Below, one piece after another: positions 27,187 through 37,661 of a stretch of DNA of 64,000 bases (position 1 is the first letter of the stretch; every line of letters starts with the position of its first letter). Source of the stretch: Candidatus Gottesmanbacteria bacterium UBA6580 (GTDB lineage: Bacteria; Patescibacteriota; Microgenomatia; UBA10105; UBA927); assembly GCA_002433895.1 (NCBI GenBank), contig DJJA01000006.1, positions 104,630 to 168,629 on the forward strand, in the 5' to 3' direction. Under the pieces are notes generated by a model. It was given only the letters and a program-made list of their open reading frames with translations. It was not told the origin of the DNA and made no database searches. Both the position numbers and the translations under genes were made by a program.

Positions 27187-28293
27187 CTACGCTACTTCCA
27201 CCCGCATACGCAGCCTCCGGAGATTATTGGGGAGTGCCGCTAACAAATCCATTGCCTCGCCATGCTCATGATGGTCGGGGTTCATCCGGTTTTTTGTGGC
27301 GCTACCGCAATGCAGTAACGTGCCGAACGTCATCGCCGCAGCCAATATGTCGTTTCCATGCTCCAATTGTGATTGTTTCCAAATATTCACCAACTCCAAA
27401 ACAAACTGCATACGCAGCTCATTATTTACCCCGCAGCTCCGGTAAAAATCAGCAACATCAGTAATAAGCGCTAATACAGAATTTCGTGAGGCACCACTAT
27501 GCTCATAATCCAACACTGTTATTCCTGCTTCGTTCGGTTTGCGGCGCCTCGCTAATCCTAAATTCGTGAGCGCATAATCATTGTGGACAAATTTCTCTGC
27601 CAGTTCACGGTCGCCGGATTCTATCTCATCCACGACACTTTTTCTCACCCGTGTCACAATACGGCGCAAGTCCGGAGCCCGCTCCAAATATGGAACATAG
27701 ACAACCGGGAGACGTTTTGCAAATAATCTACGCTCACACCCGTGCCAGAGGTCAAAAAACGAAGACGCGTTTTTGTTGCGGGGATCATGACGTTGCAAAA
27801 ACGACGTATCCTGGTTTGCGGGTATCTGTTTTAGTGCGTCTCCGGCAAACGCCATGGCGACACGTCGACCAGTCATTGGATGTACACGGTCAAGCTGGGT
27901 CTTGCTAGAAAATAGTCTGCAAGCCCGCTGCTTGAGACGTTCAAACACGACTAACCCCAGCCCCTCATCAGACTCAGTATATGGTTGAAGTACATTCACC
28001 GAACGGATACCCATGGCTCCCGCAAGTGCGGTTACCTGCGCCTCACGCCGTAATTCTTCACCAGAAGCGGACGTTCCCACCGCCATTTTAAAAAACCCAC
28101 CCGTAGCCCAGTCGGGGTGACGCAGATGGCCCAACAAAAAACGTTCCGACCCGGCTAAATAACCCTGCGCGTTTATAAAGGCTACATGTCGCCCGCGTGG
28201 AACCAGCGTCTGGACATGCTGCTTAAGCTCGTCAGGACGAGTAAAAATCGCTGGCGTATGACTATGCGCTGTGCGCCGCTCTGGAAAAACCAT
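27187..28293 (-). CDS. protein-kinase-like phosphotransferase (APH/ChoK fold)
   Basis: Brenner-like HNDYALTNL motif and a DYEHSG motif. No closer assignment is possible. Confidence 0.45.
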   Translation of the reverse strand: MVFPERRTAHSHTPAIFTRPDELKQHVQTLVPRGRHVAFINAQGYLAGSERFLLGHLRHPDWATGGFFKMAVGTSASGEELRREAQVTALAGAMGIRSVNVLQPYTESDEGLGLVVFERLKQRACRLFSSKTQLDRVHPMTGRRVAMAFAGDALKQIPANQDTSFLQRHDPRNKNASSFFDLWHGCERRLFAKRLPVVYVPYLERAPDLRRIVTRVRKSVVDEIESGDRELAEKFVHNDYALTNLGLARRRKPNEAGITVLDYEHSGASRNSVLALITDVADFYRSCGVNNELRMQFVLELVNIWKQSQLEHGNDILAAAMTFGTLLHCGSATKNRMNPDHHEHGEAMDLLAALPNNLRRLRMRVEVA

Positions 28294-28395
28294 AGGAAAG
28301 AATTATATCAAAATAGATCACATCTCACTACCCACCTACGACATCTTTACATTAGTTTTCACACGGTGTATCGTGAAACACAGAGGAGTTAATGT

Positions 28396-29577
28396 ATGAA
28401 GAAATTATTGTCTACGCTTTTTATTCTCGTCTTACTGTCTGTCACTTTCTTTGTCCCCCAGGCACACGCCACCAGTGAACAACCACCCGTCACTGTCGTA
28501 TTGCTCCGCAATGAAACAATAAACCGCGATTATTTCGCTGCAGGTGATACGGTAACAGTCTCGGGCACCGTAAACGGCGACGCGTATATCGCAGGTGGCA
28601 CAGTCGTCATCGACGGTACGATTAACGGCGATCTTTTGGTCGCCGCAGGCACGGTACAGCTTAATGGCCCGGTGAAGAATGATGTCCGGGCAATTGCGGG
28701 TGCCATCATTTTTAGCAACACGGTTGGCGGCAATGTCACGCTCGGCACCGGTACCGCCACGGTAAATCCCGAAGCGCGTATCACAGGTAGTGTCCTTGCG
28801 GGCGCCGGAACACTGGATATATACGGATCCGTCGGTAAAGGTATCACTGCGGGAAGCGGCAATATCACCATCAACAACAAAGTTGGCGGTGATGTCATGG
28901 TTGCCGCCGAAATGCTTTCGTTCTTACCGAAATCAAATGTCAGCGGCGACGTGACATACTGGAGTGAAAATGAAGCAAGTGTTGCCTCAGGCGTTGTGAT
29001 GGCGGGTGATCTCGTCCGCCATGAACTTCCCAAACAGGAAGAACCCAAAGTAATCGGCAAAAAAGGCATGTTGGCGGGTGCTACCATGTTCGGCGGATTC
29101 GCGTTTGCCGGAGTAATAATCGCAGGACTTACCTTATTTGTTCTTGGACTTATTTTGAAGGCGTTACTGCCTAAGTTCACGGAGCGATCAGTGTCGCTTA
29201 TGCAGAAAAATCCATGGGGGTCATTTGGGCTTGGCATCGTCACGGTCATCATGTTACCCATACTCGCGGTGACGGCGATGATTACGGTCATCGGCTTTCC
29301 AATCGGACTCTTTTTATTGATGATGCTCTCGATTTTGTGTCTCGTAGGACACATCTATGCGGCGTTCTTTATCGGAAAAGGAATATTGACGAAATCCAAA
29401 GCAGAAGTACACCACGCATGGCACCTGCTCGTCGGATTAGTTGTCCTTGGGATATTTACCCTTATCCCCATCTTGGGATGGCTTGCCAAGGGAATATTTG
29501 TCCTGATCGGTACCGGAGCAATTCTCTTTGAGAAAAACTCTGTCTACCGCCAGATGCGCCTGAAGCACTTGGTATAA
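28396..29577 (+). CDS. secreted beta-helical repeat protein (bactofilin/DUF583-like repeats) with C-terminal polytopic membrane domain
   Basis: Signal peptide, then about ten GxVxGxV/I repeats, then four TM helices. Confidence 0.4.
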   Translation: MKKLLSTLFILVLLSVTFFVPQAHATSEQPPVTVVLLRNETINRDYFAAGDTVTVSGTVNGDAYIAGGTVVIDGTINGDLLVAAGTVQLNGPVKNDVRAIAGAIIFSNTVGGNVTLGTGTATVNPEARITGSVLAGAGTLDIYGSVGKGITAGSGNITINNKVGGDVMVAAEMLSFLPKSNVSGDVTYWSENEASVASGVVMAGDLVRHELPKQEEPKVIGKKGMLAGATMFGGFAFAGVIIAGLTLFVLGLILKALLPKFTERSVSLMQKNPWGSFGLGIVTVIMLPILAVTAMITVIGFPIGLFLLMMLSILCLVGHIYAAFFIGKGILTKSKAEVHHAWHLLVGLVVLGIFTLIPILGWLAKGIFVLIGTGAILFEKNSVYRQMRLKHLV

Positions 29578-29593
29578 AAACCGGACACGTATA

Positions 29594-30217
29594 ATGCTGC
29601 GGATATTTCCATTTATCAGCCCGATAATATTTACGTTCGTTATGCTCATCCTGGGATTGGTGACGCCGGGATATAACCACCTCAACCATACGATCAGCAG
29701 GCTCGCGATAGAAAAATATGGCTGGCTGCAATCGCTCAATTTTATCCAGCTTTCGGTCGGGCTCTATCTCACCGGCAATCATCTCGCGCGTCATATAAAA
29801 GACGAAACAGTAGATGAAATCATCCAGGGCATATTCCGGTTTTCAAGCGTGTTTCTTGTCATCGCCGCGTTTATTCCTACGGATCCCATCGAAAACGTGC
29901 CACTGGACTATACCCTACTTACTCCTACCGGACTTGTGCATATCAGCCTCGTTATCATATTTTTACTCCTTTCACCCATCGGAATCGTGCGGCTTTCCCA
30001 AATACTCAACAAAACACCGGGAACGGCGCGTTACACCCGCTACACCCTGGTTGCCGGATTTAGTGCATTCATCGGCAGCGCTATATGGTTTGCGTTTTAT
30101 TTTATGGGGATCTTGCTCGAATACCGGGGTATTTTCCAGAAAGCGATTGCGCTTCCCGTACTTATCTGGCTCATACTCATCAACTACACCATGATGCGAC
30201 ACGGCCATCGGATATAA
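29594..30217 (+). CDS. DUF998-like membrane protein
   Basis: Six predicted TM helices in a small ORF. Confidence 0.45.
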   Translation: MLRIFPFISPIIFTFVMLILGLVTPGYNHLNHTISRLAIEKYGWLQSLNFIQLSVGLYLTGNHLARHIKDETVDEIIQGIFRFSSVFLVIAAFIPTDPIENVPLDYTLLTPTGLVHISLVIIFLLLSPIGIVRLSQILNKTPGTARYTRYTLVAGFSAFIGSAIWFAFYFMGILLEYRGIFQKAIALPVLIWLILINYTMMRHGHRI

Positions 30218-30225
30218 TACAACCT

Positions 30226-30627
30226 ATGACAAAACCGTATAACACGCTCACCGATGAAGAAGCATACATCATCGTCAACCGCGGCACAGAGGCGCCGTTT
30301 ACCGGCGAATATGACTCGTTTTACAAGGAAGGCACGTATATTTGCCGGCGCTGCAATGCGCCACTCTACTCCTCCAAAACAAAATTTGATGCGGGATGCG
30401 GATGGCCGGCGTTTGATGAAAATTTTCCTGACAGTGTCAGGCGTCTCCCCGACCCCGACGGACGGCGGGTGGAAATACGATGTAACAATTGCGACGCGCA
30501 TTTAGGCCATGTGTTTACCGGCGAGCGGCACACACCAAAAGATACGAGACACTGCGTGAACTCGCTCTCCCTCAAATTTATTCCGGTTGGAACGCTACTT
30601 CCCGAAGTTATCCGGGGCGACCTATGA
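30226..30627 (+). CDS. msrB: peptide methionine sulfoxide reductase MsrB
   Basis: CxxC...CxxC zinc site and the catalytic RHCVNS motif. Confidence 0.9.
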   Translation: MTKPYNTLTDEEAYIIVNRGTEAPFTGEYDSFYKEGTYICRRCNAPLYSSKTKFDAGCGWPAFDENFPDSVRRLPDPDGRRVEIRCNNCDAHLGHVFTGERHTPKDTRHCVNSLSLKFIPVGTLLPEVIRGDL

Positions 30628-31325
30628 CTCCTGTAACCTTGCACCGGACACTGCTCACTGCTATCAAAAAGCATGCCCGGATTATTTCATTTGATATCGC
30701 TCACTATGTAGGGACCAAACACCGGGTGTACAACGTCCCGACACCGGTAATGCACGATATTGCAAAAAATTTTGCGAAGGAACACAAAGATATCGGTGCT
30801 GATGATTGCATATCCCTCGTCAACTCATTGTTTCACGCATCCTCATTTGAAGAAAAAGTCCTTGCTACCATGATACTGCGCAGGTTTCCCATAATCCTTG
30901 CCTCGCTCCCTGCTTCGTATATTGATCAGTGGCTTTGCCTTCTCACCGGCTGGGCGGAAGTGGATACATTTTGTGATGAGATAGATTATTGGCTCAGAAT
31001 AAACCCGGCGAGCGGGGTAAAACTATTGAAAAAATGGAACAAAGACCCGTATCTTGAGAAACGAAGAGCGAGTTTGGTGGTGCTATGTAGTTGTCTGCGG
31101 CACAGCCCTGACCCGCGGTGGAAAACACTCGCGTTCACGTTCACCGGCGCACTGGCCCACGAAAAACACGTGATGATTACCAAAGCTATTTCCTGGGTGC
31201 TGCGCGCAATGGTGAAATACCATAAATCAGAAGTCACCTATTACATCCAATCACACCAAAACACATTACCAAAAATCGCCATCCGCGAGGCAACCAAAAA
31301 AATTCAAACAGGAAGAAAAAATTAA
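30624..31325 (+). CDS. DNA alkylation repair protein (AlkD-like HEAT repeat)
   Basis: AlkD/AlkC family pattern. There is a 4-nt overlap with msrB. Confidence 0.7.
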   Translation: MTPVTLHRTLLTAIKKHARIISFDIAHYVGTKHRVYNVPTPVMHDIAKNFAKEHKDIGADDCISLVNSLFHASSFEEKVLATMILRRFPIILASLPASYIDQWLCLLTGWAEVDTFCDEIDYWLRINPASGVKLLKKWNKDPYLEKRRASLVVLCSCLRHSPDPRWKTLAFTFTGALAHEKHVMITKAISWVLRAMVKYHKSEVTYYIQSHQNTLPKIAIREATKKIQTGRKN

Positions 31326-31741
31326 CGCGCTCCAAGCCCTCCGGCTTTTACCGCGTCGCGAAGAATAGCGCCCAATATCTTTTGATCAATATCGGCGGCA
31401 TGTTTAATGCGTATACAGCTTTTTCCGATACTGGCCTTCGGGAGTTTATCTTTATATTTTTCCGCTATATACTGACCGTCGGCCATCGCGCACACGTACA
31501 GTGATATATATTGTTTTTGGCTCGCAAGCCCTATGAGCGCCCACTCTCCTTCTCTGCCGCTCGGGTATTTATAATGATATTTACCAAAGCCAAGCATCCC
31601 CACTTCTATGTAGGGCGCAAGTGAAGGAACGGTTTTTCGGATAAAATCATAGAGCGACTGGATTTCACTTCTCCGGGGTTCATCTATTTTTTCGATATAC
31701 TCCTTGGGTGTTTTTGCGTTGATGGGCTTAAACATGTTCAT
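31322..31741 (-). CDS. DUF1801 (YdhG-like) domain protein
   Basis: 139 aa with the family pattern. Confidence 0.45.
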   Translation of the reverse strand: MNMFKPINAKTPKEYIEKIDEPRRSEIQSLYDFIRKTVPSLAPYIEVGMLGFGKYHYKYPSGREGEWALIGLASQKQYISLYVCAMADGQYIAEKYKDKLPKASIGKSCIRIKHAADIDQKILGAILRDAVKAGGLGAR

Positions 31742-32790
31742 AAGCGTTCTTTATAAAATTCAACCGTCCGCTGCATAGCGGTTGAAAAACTCCCACCGTC
31801 GATATTGTGTCCGCCGCTGGGATATTCAAATAGCTCGTGGCGGACATTTGTGCCGTCTAATAATTTCATCAAATTTCTACTGTACTCGATACTCACAACA
31901 TCGTCATTGACCGCATGGTGTAACTCCAAAGCACCTTTCAGGTCTTTCAGATAATCAGTCACTGCCACCTGCTTCCAGAACGGATGCTCAGCGTTAAAAT
32001 CACCGTGCGCTTCACGGAGCTGCTCCCTTTTCCGCTGGCGGGCGGTGTTTGTTTGCGGCGGCCGGTAGCTATTGTCGGAAATACGGTAGGTCGCAAGATC
32101 AGTATAGGTATACCCCGCGCCCGCCCATATCACGACACCGGGTATTTCCGGCCGCGCGACAAACGCGCGCATGGTCACATTGCCTGCCATACTGTGCCCC
32201 CACAATCCGATACGGTTTTCGTTTACTTCAGGTGTGTTGCCCAACGCAGCGCGTGCGTTTAATGTATCGATCACGTAGTCGGAAGAATAATACGCGCCGC
32301 CTGGTTCACCCTCAGACTTATCGTGACCACGGAGGTCGATTTTAAATACTGCAAACCCGTTGCGCGCAAGATAATCCACATAGGCCACATAATTGCCCGT
32401 TGTCTTGTAAACTGTCGGTGGAATATACCCGTGGACAAACACGATCGCCGGCCATCCGCCTGTTGGCGGCTCGCCTTTGGGGATCGTAAGTAATCCGTTT
32501 ATTTTAAGCCCGTCTGAGGTGTAGTGTGTAAGATATGAAGTATAGGTGGCGCTCTCGGAAAGCCGGGTTCTGGCACCCAAGGTGCTTTCGTAGTCACGCT
32601 CCCGTAAATACGGTACCGTCATCTCAATGAACGGTATGGGCGTTGGTGTGGGTACAAATCCCGCTTCTTCAGCAAAGGGCGAAAGTAATGATAGCGAAGG
32701 TTTATTTGCCTGACCGCTCCGGAACACGAAAAATACACCGAGGATGATGGCAAAGAGGAGTATGGAAATGGCCCGGGTTTTTGGTTTCAT
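31738..32790 (-). CDS. alpha/beta hydrolase (S9/dienelactone hydrolase-like), secreted
   Basis: N-terminal signal/TM segment and GHSMAG nucleophile elbow. Confidence 0.7.
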   Translation of the reverse strand: MKPKTRAISILLFAIILGVFFVFRSGQANKPSLSLLSPFAEEAGFVPTPTPIPFIEMTVPYLRERDYESTLGARTRLSESATYTSYLTHYTSDGLKINGLLTIPKGEPPTGGWPAIVFVHGYIPPTVYKTTGNYVAYVDYLARNGFAVFKIDLRGHDKSEGEPGGAYYSSDYVIDTLNARAALGNTPEVNENRIGLWGHSMAGNVTMRAFVARPEIPGVVIWAGAGYTYTDLATYRISDNSYRPPQTNTARQRKREQLREAHGDFNAEHPFWKQVAVTDYLKDLKGALELHHAVNDDVVSIEYSRNLMKLLDGTNVRHELFEYPSGGHNIDGGSFSTAMQRTVEFYKERL

Positions 32791-32881
32791 GCTGCCTTCC
32801 CCAATCTGATTATTGATATTTGTATTTTACCATACAATAAAAACGCCGGTGAAAGGGTACATCGCCCATGTACTAAGAAGG

Positions 32882-34702
32882 TTACCCAACAAGGTCGTAC
32901 TGCCGGAGGGCCTTCGCACGGTCCTCTTCGCTTGCGTCAAGCAAGGTTTTTTGAAGCGCGATCATCCGCGCGTACAAGCTGCTTTTATCACGGAGTAATA
33001 CCTCGGGAGCACCAAACTGTGCCACTTTACCGCCCTGTAACACCAAAATTTTATCTACACCGGAGAGGGTAGACAAACGGTGCGCAATAATAATGGTTGT
33101 TTTTCCACGGGTGAGATGCGTCAACCCCTGCTGCACAAGAAGCTCCGATTTACTATCGAGCGAGCTGGTCGCTTCGTCCAGTATGATAAACGGCGCATCA
33201 TGGAGTATGGCGCGCGCGATCGCGATCCGTTGCTTTTGCCCGCCCGATAATTTTATTCCCCGCTCGCCAATCGTCGTGTTATAACTCGCGGGAAGCGTAT
33301 CTATAAATTCGGTCGCGTTGGCGAGTTTAGCCGCGCGCTTCATATCGGCGTCAGTCGCGTCAGGGCTCCCGTAACGAATATTTTCAGCGATGGTACCGGA
33401 AAACAATAGGGCATCCTGGAATACGATGGAAATATATTTCCGCAGGGACTCACTGGTCACCCGTCCCACATCGTGACCGGCAAAATGTATATTGCCCTTT
33501 CTCGGCACGTAATAGCGCAGAATAAGATTTACCAGTGTTGATTTGCCCTGACCGCTTTCCCCCACAAGCGCGAGACGCTCGCCGTGCGCTAGCGAAAATG
33601 ATATATCCCGGAGGACATCACCGGCATTATCGCCATACGCAAATGATACGTGATCAAACGAAAGCGCTGGCCCCCGCACTTTTTTGGGGAATACCAATGC
33701 TTTTGCATTTGGCGCGTCTTTGATTACCTGAACGGTGCCCAGTACGTCAAAAAAGTCTTTGCTTCCCGCGTCTGCCTGCTGGATTTGGCCGATGATAAAC
33801 GACATCGCAAACAACGGAAACCTCGCTTGGTTAACAAGCTGCAGCATAAGCGTCATTTCTCCTAACGAATAGATCCCGTGATACGTCTGATACAGAATAT
33901 ACGAAACGATCAAAAACAAAATGACATTTAACAGTATCCGCCGGTAGAAATCATAGATATGCCATTCTTTCGATTGCTGGCGGGTGATAACCTCTATAGC
34001 ATCGCGGGCTTTGGCAAACGCGTGAAACTCAAACAGTTCACCAATAAACGCTTTCACCACCCGGATACCCGATAAACTTTCGAGGACTCTGCCTTGGGAT
34101 ATATCAGCAATTTCATTTTTTTTGCCTTCGTGTTTTCCCCATGCCTCAGATGACCGGTGGGTAATAATCGTATAAAGCGGAAACAGCGCGGCAAGCAGTA
34201 TTCCTACCACTGGTGAATAAAACATCAAAATACCGATGGTGATAAACGCGGTCAGGAAAAACGGCAGGAAATTGTTCGTCGCATTCTGTATAAAATTTGT
34301 AATACTGGAAATTCCCCGGTATAGCTTGTTCGTAAGATTTCCGACTGCGATATTGTCAAAATACGCGACATCCAGAGAAAGCACGTGCTTATAAAACTTT
34401 GATGAAAGAAACGTCTGGAGTTTTACGGACATCATGTCGCCCACCCACATGCTATACGCCGTAAGCGTGGTGCCCGCGACATCAGCCACCAACAATATAC
34501 CGAGCGCCCAATAAATCATGGAAATATCACTGATGTCTCCGGTCAGCTGTGCGGTAATGACATCAACAATCGACTTTAATACAAAAGGGGTGACGAAATT
34601 CAAAAGCGAAGAAACAATGATAAAAATACTCATCGCGGCATACCAGCCGCGGAAGCTTCCGGTAAACCGGAAAATATGAAATATATTCTTCATTACCGTC
34701 AT
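32882..34702 (-). CDS. ABC transporter, fused permease/ATPase exporter (MsbA-like)
   Basis: Six TM helices, Walker A GESGQGKST, LSGGQKQRIAIARAIL, and a D-loop. Confidence 0.9.
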   Translation of the reverse strand: MTVMKNIFHIFRFTGSFRGWYAAMSIFIIVSSLLNFVTPFVLKSIVDVITAQLTGDISDISMIYWALGILLVADVAGTTLTAYSMWVGDMMSVKLQTFLSSKFYKHVLSLDVAYFDNIAVGNLTNKLYRGISSITNFIQNATNNFLPFFLTAFITIGILMFYSPVVGILLAALFPLYTIITHRSSEAWGKHEGKKNEIADISQGRVLESLSGIRVVKAFIGELFEFHAFAKARDAIEVITRQQSKEWHIYDFYRRILLNVILFLIVSYILYQTYHGIYSLGEMTLMLQLVNQARFPLFAMSFIIGQIQQADAGSKDFFDVLGTVQVIKDAPNAKALVFPKKVRGPALSFDHVSFAYGDNAGDVLRDISFSLAHGERLALVGESGQGKSTLVNLILRYYVPRKGNIHFAGHDVGRVTSESLRKYISIVFQDALLFSGTIAENIRYGSPDATDADMKRAAKLANATEFIDTLPASYNTTIGERGIKLSGGQKQRIAIARAILHDAPFIILDEATSSLDSKSELLVQQGLTHLTRGKTTIIIAHRLSTLSGVDKILVLQGGKVAQFGAPEVLLRDKSSLYARMIALQKTLLDASEEDRAKALRQYDLVG

Positions 34703-34962
34703 TTTACACGCTTTCGCAGCCCTTGTCTCTTGTAATTTACCCCACAATAAAAAATGAGGAAGCACCCCTTGTTGTTATATTGAATTTCATCCAAAAAACC
34801 CGTACAACTACATATAGACCGTGAAAAAACTCGCTTCATGCTCGTGCGGGAACTCGCTCTCCTTTTGCCATTGGGTGTATATACTTCATTTTCGGAAAAA
34901 TCGGTCTCGCATTTGCGCCTCTCGCTTGACACCTACAAGACAGACGTAGGAGAATAAAGATA

Positions 34963-35364
34963 ATGAATAAAAAACCAGACGCCATGGTATATGCAATAGC
35001 ACTTGGAGCGCTTATTCTCATGGGGGTCGTGACGACCGCCATCATAAATGTCGTCAAAAATAACCAAAGCAGCACCACCGACATCCGCGCAAAAGCAGGA
35101 GTCGTCAACACACTGAAACTCACCGGCACGGTAGACAGCACCGATGACATCGCCGGAACTATCACCGTCCTCAACGTCCAGTTTGCGGATGAAAGCAGAA
35201 GTGGTAAGCCGGTTAACTATGGCACATGGTCAGTTACCCCACCGGCAACTTTCAGTTTATCGAGTGCTATCCCGGGGACACGGATATCATTTACCGTAAA
35301 TTCTGATTCGTTTAATGTCTCTACAAAGCAGGTAGTCGCCGCGCAGGTTACTGTACTTCAATAA
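34963..35364 (+). CDS. hypothetical small membrane-anchored protein
   Basis: N-terminal TM helix. An AGGAG ribosome-binding site precedes the ATG. Confidence 0.35.
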   Translation: MNKKPDAMVYAIALGALILMGVVTTAIINVVKNNQSSTTDIRAKAGVVNTLKLTGTVDSTDDIAGTITVLNVQFADESRSGKPVNYGTWSVTPPATFSLSSAIPGTRISFTVNSDSFNVSTKQVVAAQVTVLQ

Positions 35365-35392
35365 CGGTACTATCCCCCGTCTTCGTCCGGTT

Positions 35393-36811
35393 TCACATCT
35401 TTTTTACCGTTGTGCCGTCTGCGGTGTCTTCTATTTCGTAACCTTTTTCCAGGAGTGCGTCGCGTATCTTATCTGACTCTGTGAAATTCCGGGCTTTACG
35501 GAATGCTTCTCTTTCCGTAAGCAACCGTTGTATATCAGCCGGCACTGCTTCAACGGCCGCCTCTTTTATCTCCGCTAATCCAAGTCCAAGCGTTTGATCA
35601 AAATCCAAAAGTAAATCATATTTATCCTGGCTGGTGATATTCGATTTCAAAAGCTCCCAAACGACCGCGAGTGCCTGAGGCGTATTCATATCGTTTGCGA
35701 GCGCGTCATCAAAGCGCTTGCGGAACCCGTCTATTTTCTCCAGTTTCTCATCGCTTAATGTATGGCGCTTCTGGGACTGCGCGCGGAGTACCATGACGTG
35801 GCTCTGCAACTCTTTAAGCGCGGCGGCGGAGCCGGAAAGTGCTTCCCATGTGAAATTCAATTCACTGCGGTAATGCGCGGTAAGATAAAAATACCGCAGC
35901 GCCATAGGATCCACTCCTTTTTGTACAACATCTTCTATCGTGTAAAAATTACCGAGACTCTTACTCATTTTTTTCCCATCTACCCGAAGGAAATTGTAAT
36001 GAAGCCATACCAGGACAAATGGCTTACCTGTCGCTCCCTCACTCTGCGCTATTTCATTGGGATGATGCACCGGAATATGATCTATGCCTCCCGTATGAAT
36101 ATCAATCGAATCACCCAAATATTTCATGCTCATGGCGGAGCACTCTATATGCCACCCAGGAAATCCATCTCCCCACGGACTGTCCCAATGCATCGCGTGA
36201 TCAGCAAATCTGCCGACCCGCTTAAACCACAACGCAAAATCCGCCGCGTGTTTTTTGTGCTCACCTTCCACCACGGCGTCTCTCACTCCCGCCTTTTTGT
36301 CTTCCAACTTTTGTCTGCCAAAGAGTGCTGCGTACCCGGGAAATTTTGTCACATCAAAATACACTGCCTCCGGCGTGTCGTACGCTAACCCTTTTTGTAT
36401 AAGTTTACTGATGAGTGCAATCTGATCGCTGATATGTTCAGTAGCTTTGCAGATAACGGTCGGACGAAGCACGTTGAGCGAATGCATCGACTGATAAAAA
36501 TGATCGGTATAAAACTGCGCTACTTCCCATACTGTTTTTCCGTATTTTTTAGCACCCTTTTCCATTTTATCTTCACCCTCATCCGCGTCTGAGGACAAGT
36601 GCCCGACATCGGTCACATTTTGCACATGAGTCACGTGGTACCCGAAACGGCTGAGTGTCCTGCGTAGGATATCATCGCCCACATATTTTCGGCCGTGCCC
36701 AATGTGGGCAAAATCGTATACCGTCATGCCGCACGTATAGAGACTGACCGCTGGTGGGTTACGCGGTGTAAATACTTCAATGCTTCTGGTCAGTGAGTTA
36801 CAGAGTTTCAT
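35393..36811 (-). CDS. cysS: cysteinyl-tRNA synthetase
   Basis: HIGH motif (AHIGHGR) and KMSKS motif, plus CysRS zinc ligands. Confidence 0.95.
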   Translation of the reverse strand: MKLCNSLTRSIEVFTPRNPPAVSLYTCGMTVYDFAHIGHGRKYVGDDILRRTLSRFGYHVTHVQNVTDVGHLSSDADEGEDKMEKGAKKYGKTVWEVAQFYTDHFYQSMHSLNVLRPTVICKATEHISDQIALISKLIQKGLAYDTPEAVYFDVTKFPGYAALFGRQKLEDKKAGVRDAVVEGEHKKHAADFALWFKRVGRFADHAMHWDSPWGDGFPGWHIECSAMSMKYLGDSIDIHTGGIDHIPVHHPNEIAQSEGATGKPFVLVWLHYNFLRVDGKKMSKSLGNFYTIEDVVQKGVDPMALRYFYLTAHYRSELNFTWEALSGSAAALKELQSHVMVLRAQSQKRHTLSDEKLEKIDGFRKRFDDALANDMNTPQALAVVWELLKSNITSQDKYDLLLDFDQTLGLGLAEIKEAAVEAVPADIQRLLTEREAFRKARNFTESDKIRDALLEKGYEIEDTADGTTVKKM

Positions 36812-36878
36812 TGTTTTATGGACCGGTTTTTTCAAGCAAAAAAGTGTCTAGAATTATTTACCCCGGTACCTGATTATA

Positions 36879-37346
36879 TCAATCCTGACGTTTTGATTTA
36901 TTTTCCATACTTGTCTGCTTCGCTTTTTTACCATACAAATCACCTCTCGGACGCTTACTGGCGGGTTGCGGTAACGCCTGCTTTCTCGCCTGTTCTTTTT
37001 GCTTCTTTTCCATTTCTTTCTTTTGCTCTTCTTCTTTTTGGATTTTTTCCCAAACACTTAATTCTTTGGGTTGGGACTGACCGGAAAGCTCGCGCAATGC
37101 CGCACGCGCGATTGCCCGTTTCACTTCGTCACTCGGTCCGGGGGCTGCCGGTGCATTTTCCTGCCCACCCTGCGGATCAGCGGCTGCCTGTTTCGGGTTT
37201 TTCTTTTGCCCTGAAGACACACCTAAGCTCTCCAATGCTGTACCCACGATATCTTTGGGTGCCTGTACGGTCTCACGGGCAATATCTTTACCGATATCTT
37301 CAAATGATTCGCCGATTTGCTGCAATACTGATCCCGAATTAGCCAT
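36879..37346 (-). CDS. hypothetical Lys/Glu-rich protein
   Basis: Low-complexity charged C-terminus. The start sits 2 nt after the stop of the upstream gene. Confidence 0.4.
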   Translation of the reverse strand: MANSGSVLQQIGESFEDIGKDIARETVQAPKDIVGTALESLGVSSGQKKNPKQAAADPQGGQENAPAAPGPSDEVKRAIARAALRELSGQSQPKELSVWEKIQKEEEQKKEMEKKQKEQARKQALPQPASKRPRGDLYGKKAKQTSMENKSKRQD

Positions 37347-37348
37347 AA

Positions 37349-37654
37349 TTAGACAAATCCTAACTGCTTCTTTGCCGTGTCGGACATGCGCTCCATATTC
37401 CACGGCGGATCAAACGTCAGGTCGACATCCACTTTTTTCACTCCCGCGAGCGCGCCGACCTCTTGTTGGATTGGCCCTGATATCAAACTAAATAGCGGGC
37501 ACCCGATGGTCGTTAATGTCATGCGGACGGTCACGGTGCCTGTTTTTTTGTTAATATGAATGCCATAGATGAGTCCCAGATCCCACAGTGAGACACCAAT
37601 CTCCGGATCGGGAATATTTTTCAGCACTTCTTCTATTTGTTTCTTGGTAACCAT
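37349..37654 (-). CDS. DUF59/MIP18-family Fe-S assembly protein (SufT-like)
   Basis: NIPDPEIGVSLWDLGLIY motif with a conserved Cys. Confidence 0.75.
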   Translation of the reverse strand: MVTKKQIEEVLKNIPDPEIGVSLWDLGLIYGIHINKKTGTVTVRMTLTTIGCPLFSLISGPIQQEVGALAGVKKVDVDLTFDPPWNMERMSDTAKKQLGFV

Positions 37655-37661
37655 ACTGTTG

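Noticed and set aside
28530-29354. 274-aa antisense ORF inside the beta-helical repeat gene
   Set aside because: It mirrors the repeat periodicity of the sense strand (Pro/Thr/Ala-rich) and lies fully within a stronger ORF with signal peptide and TM features.
36818-37342. Plus-strand 174-aa ORF overlapping the minus-strand 36879-37346 hypothetical gene
   Set aside because: The minus-strand frame is preferred because it lies in a tightly spaced minus-strand series with DUF59 and recR (2-nt and 8-nt spacings). Neither frame has homology support, so this choice is low confidence.
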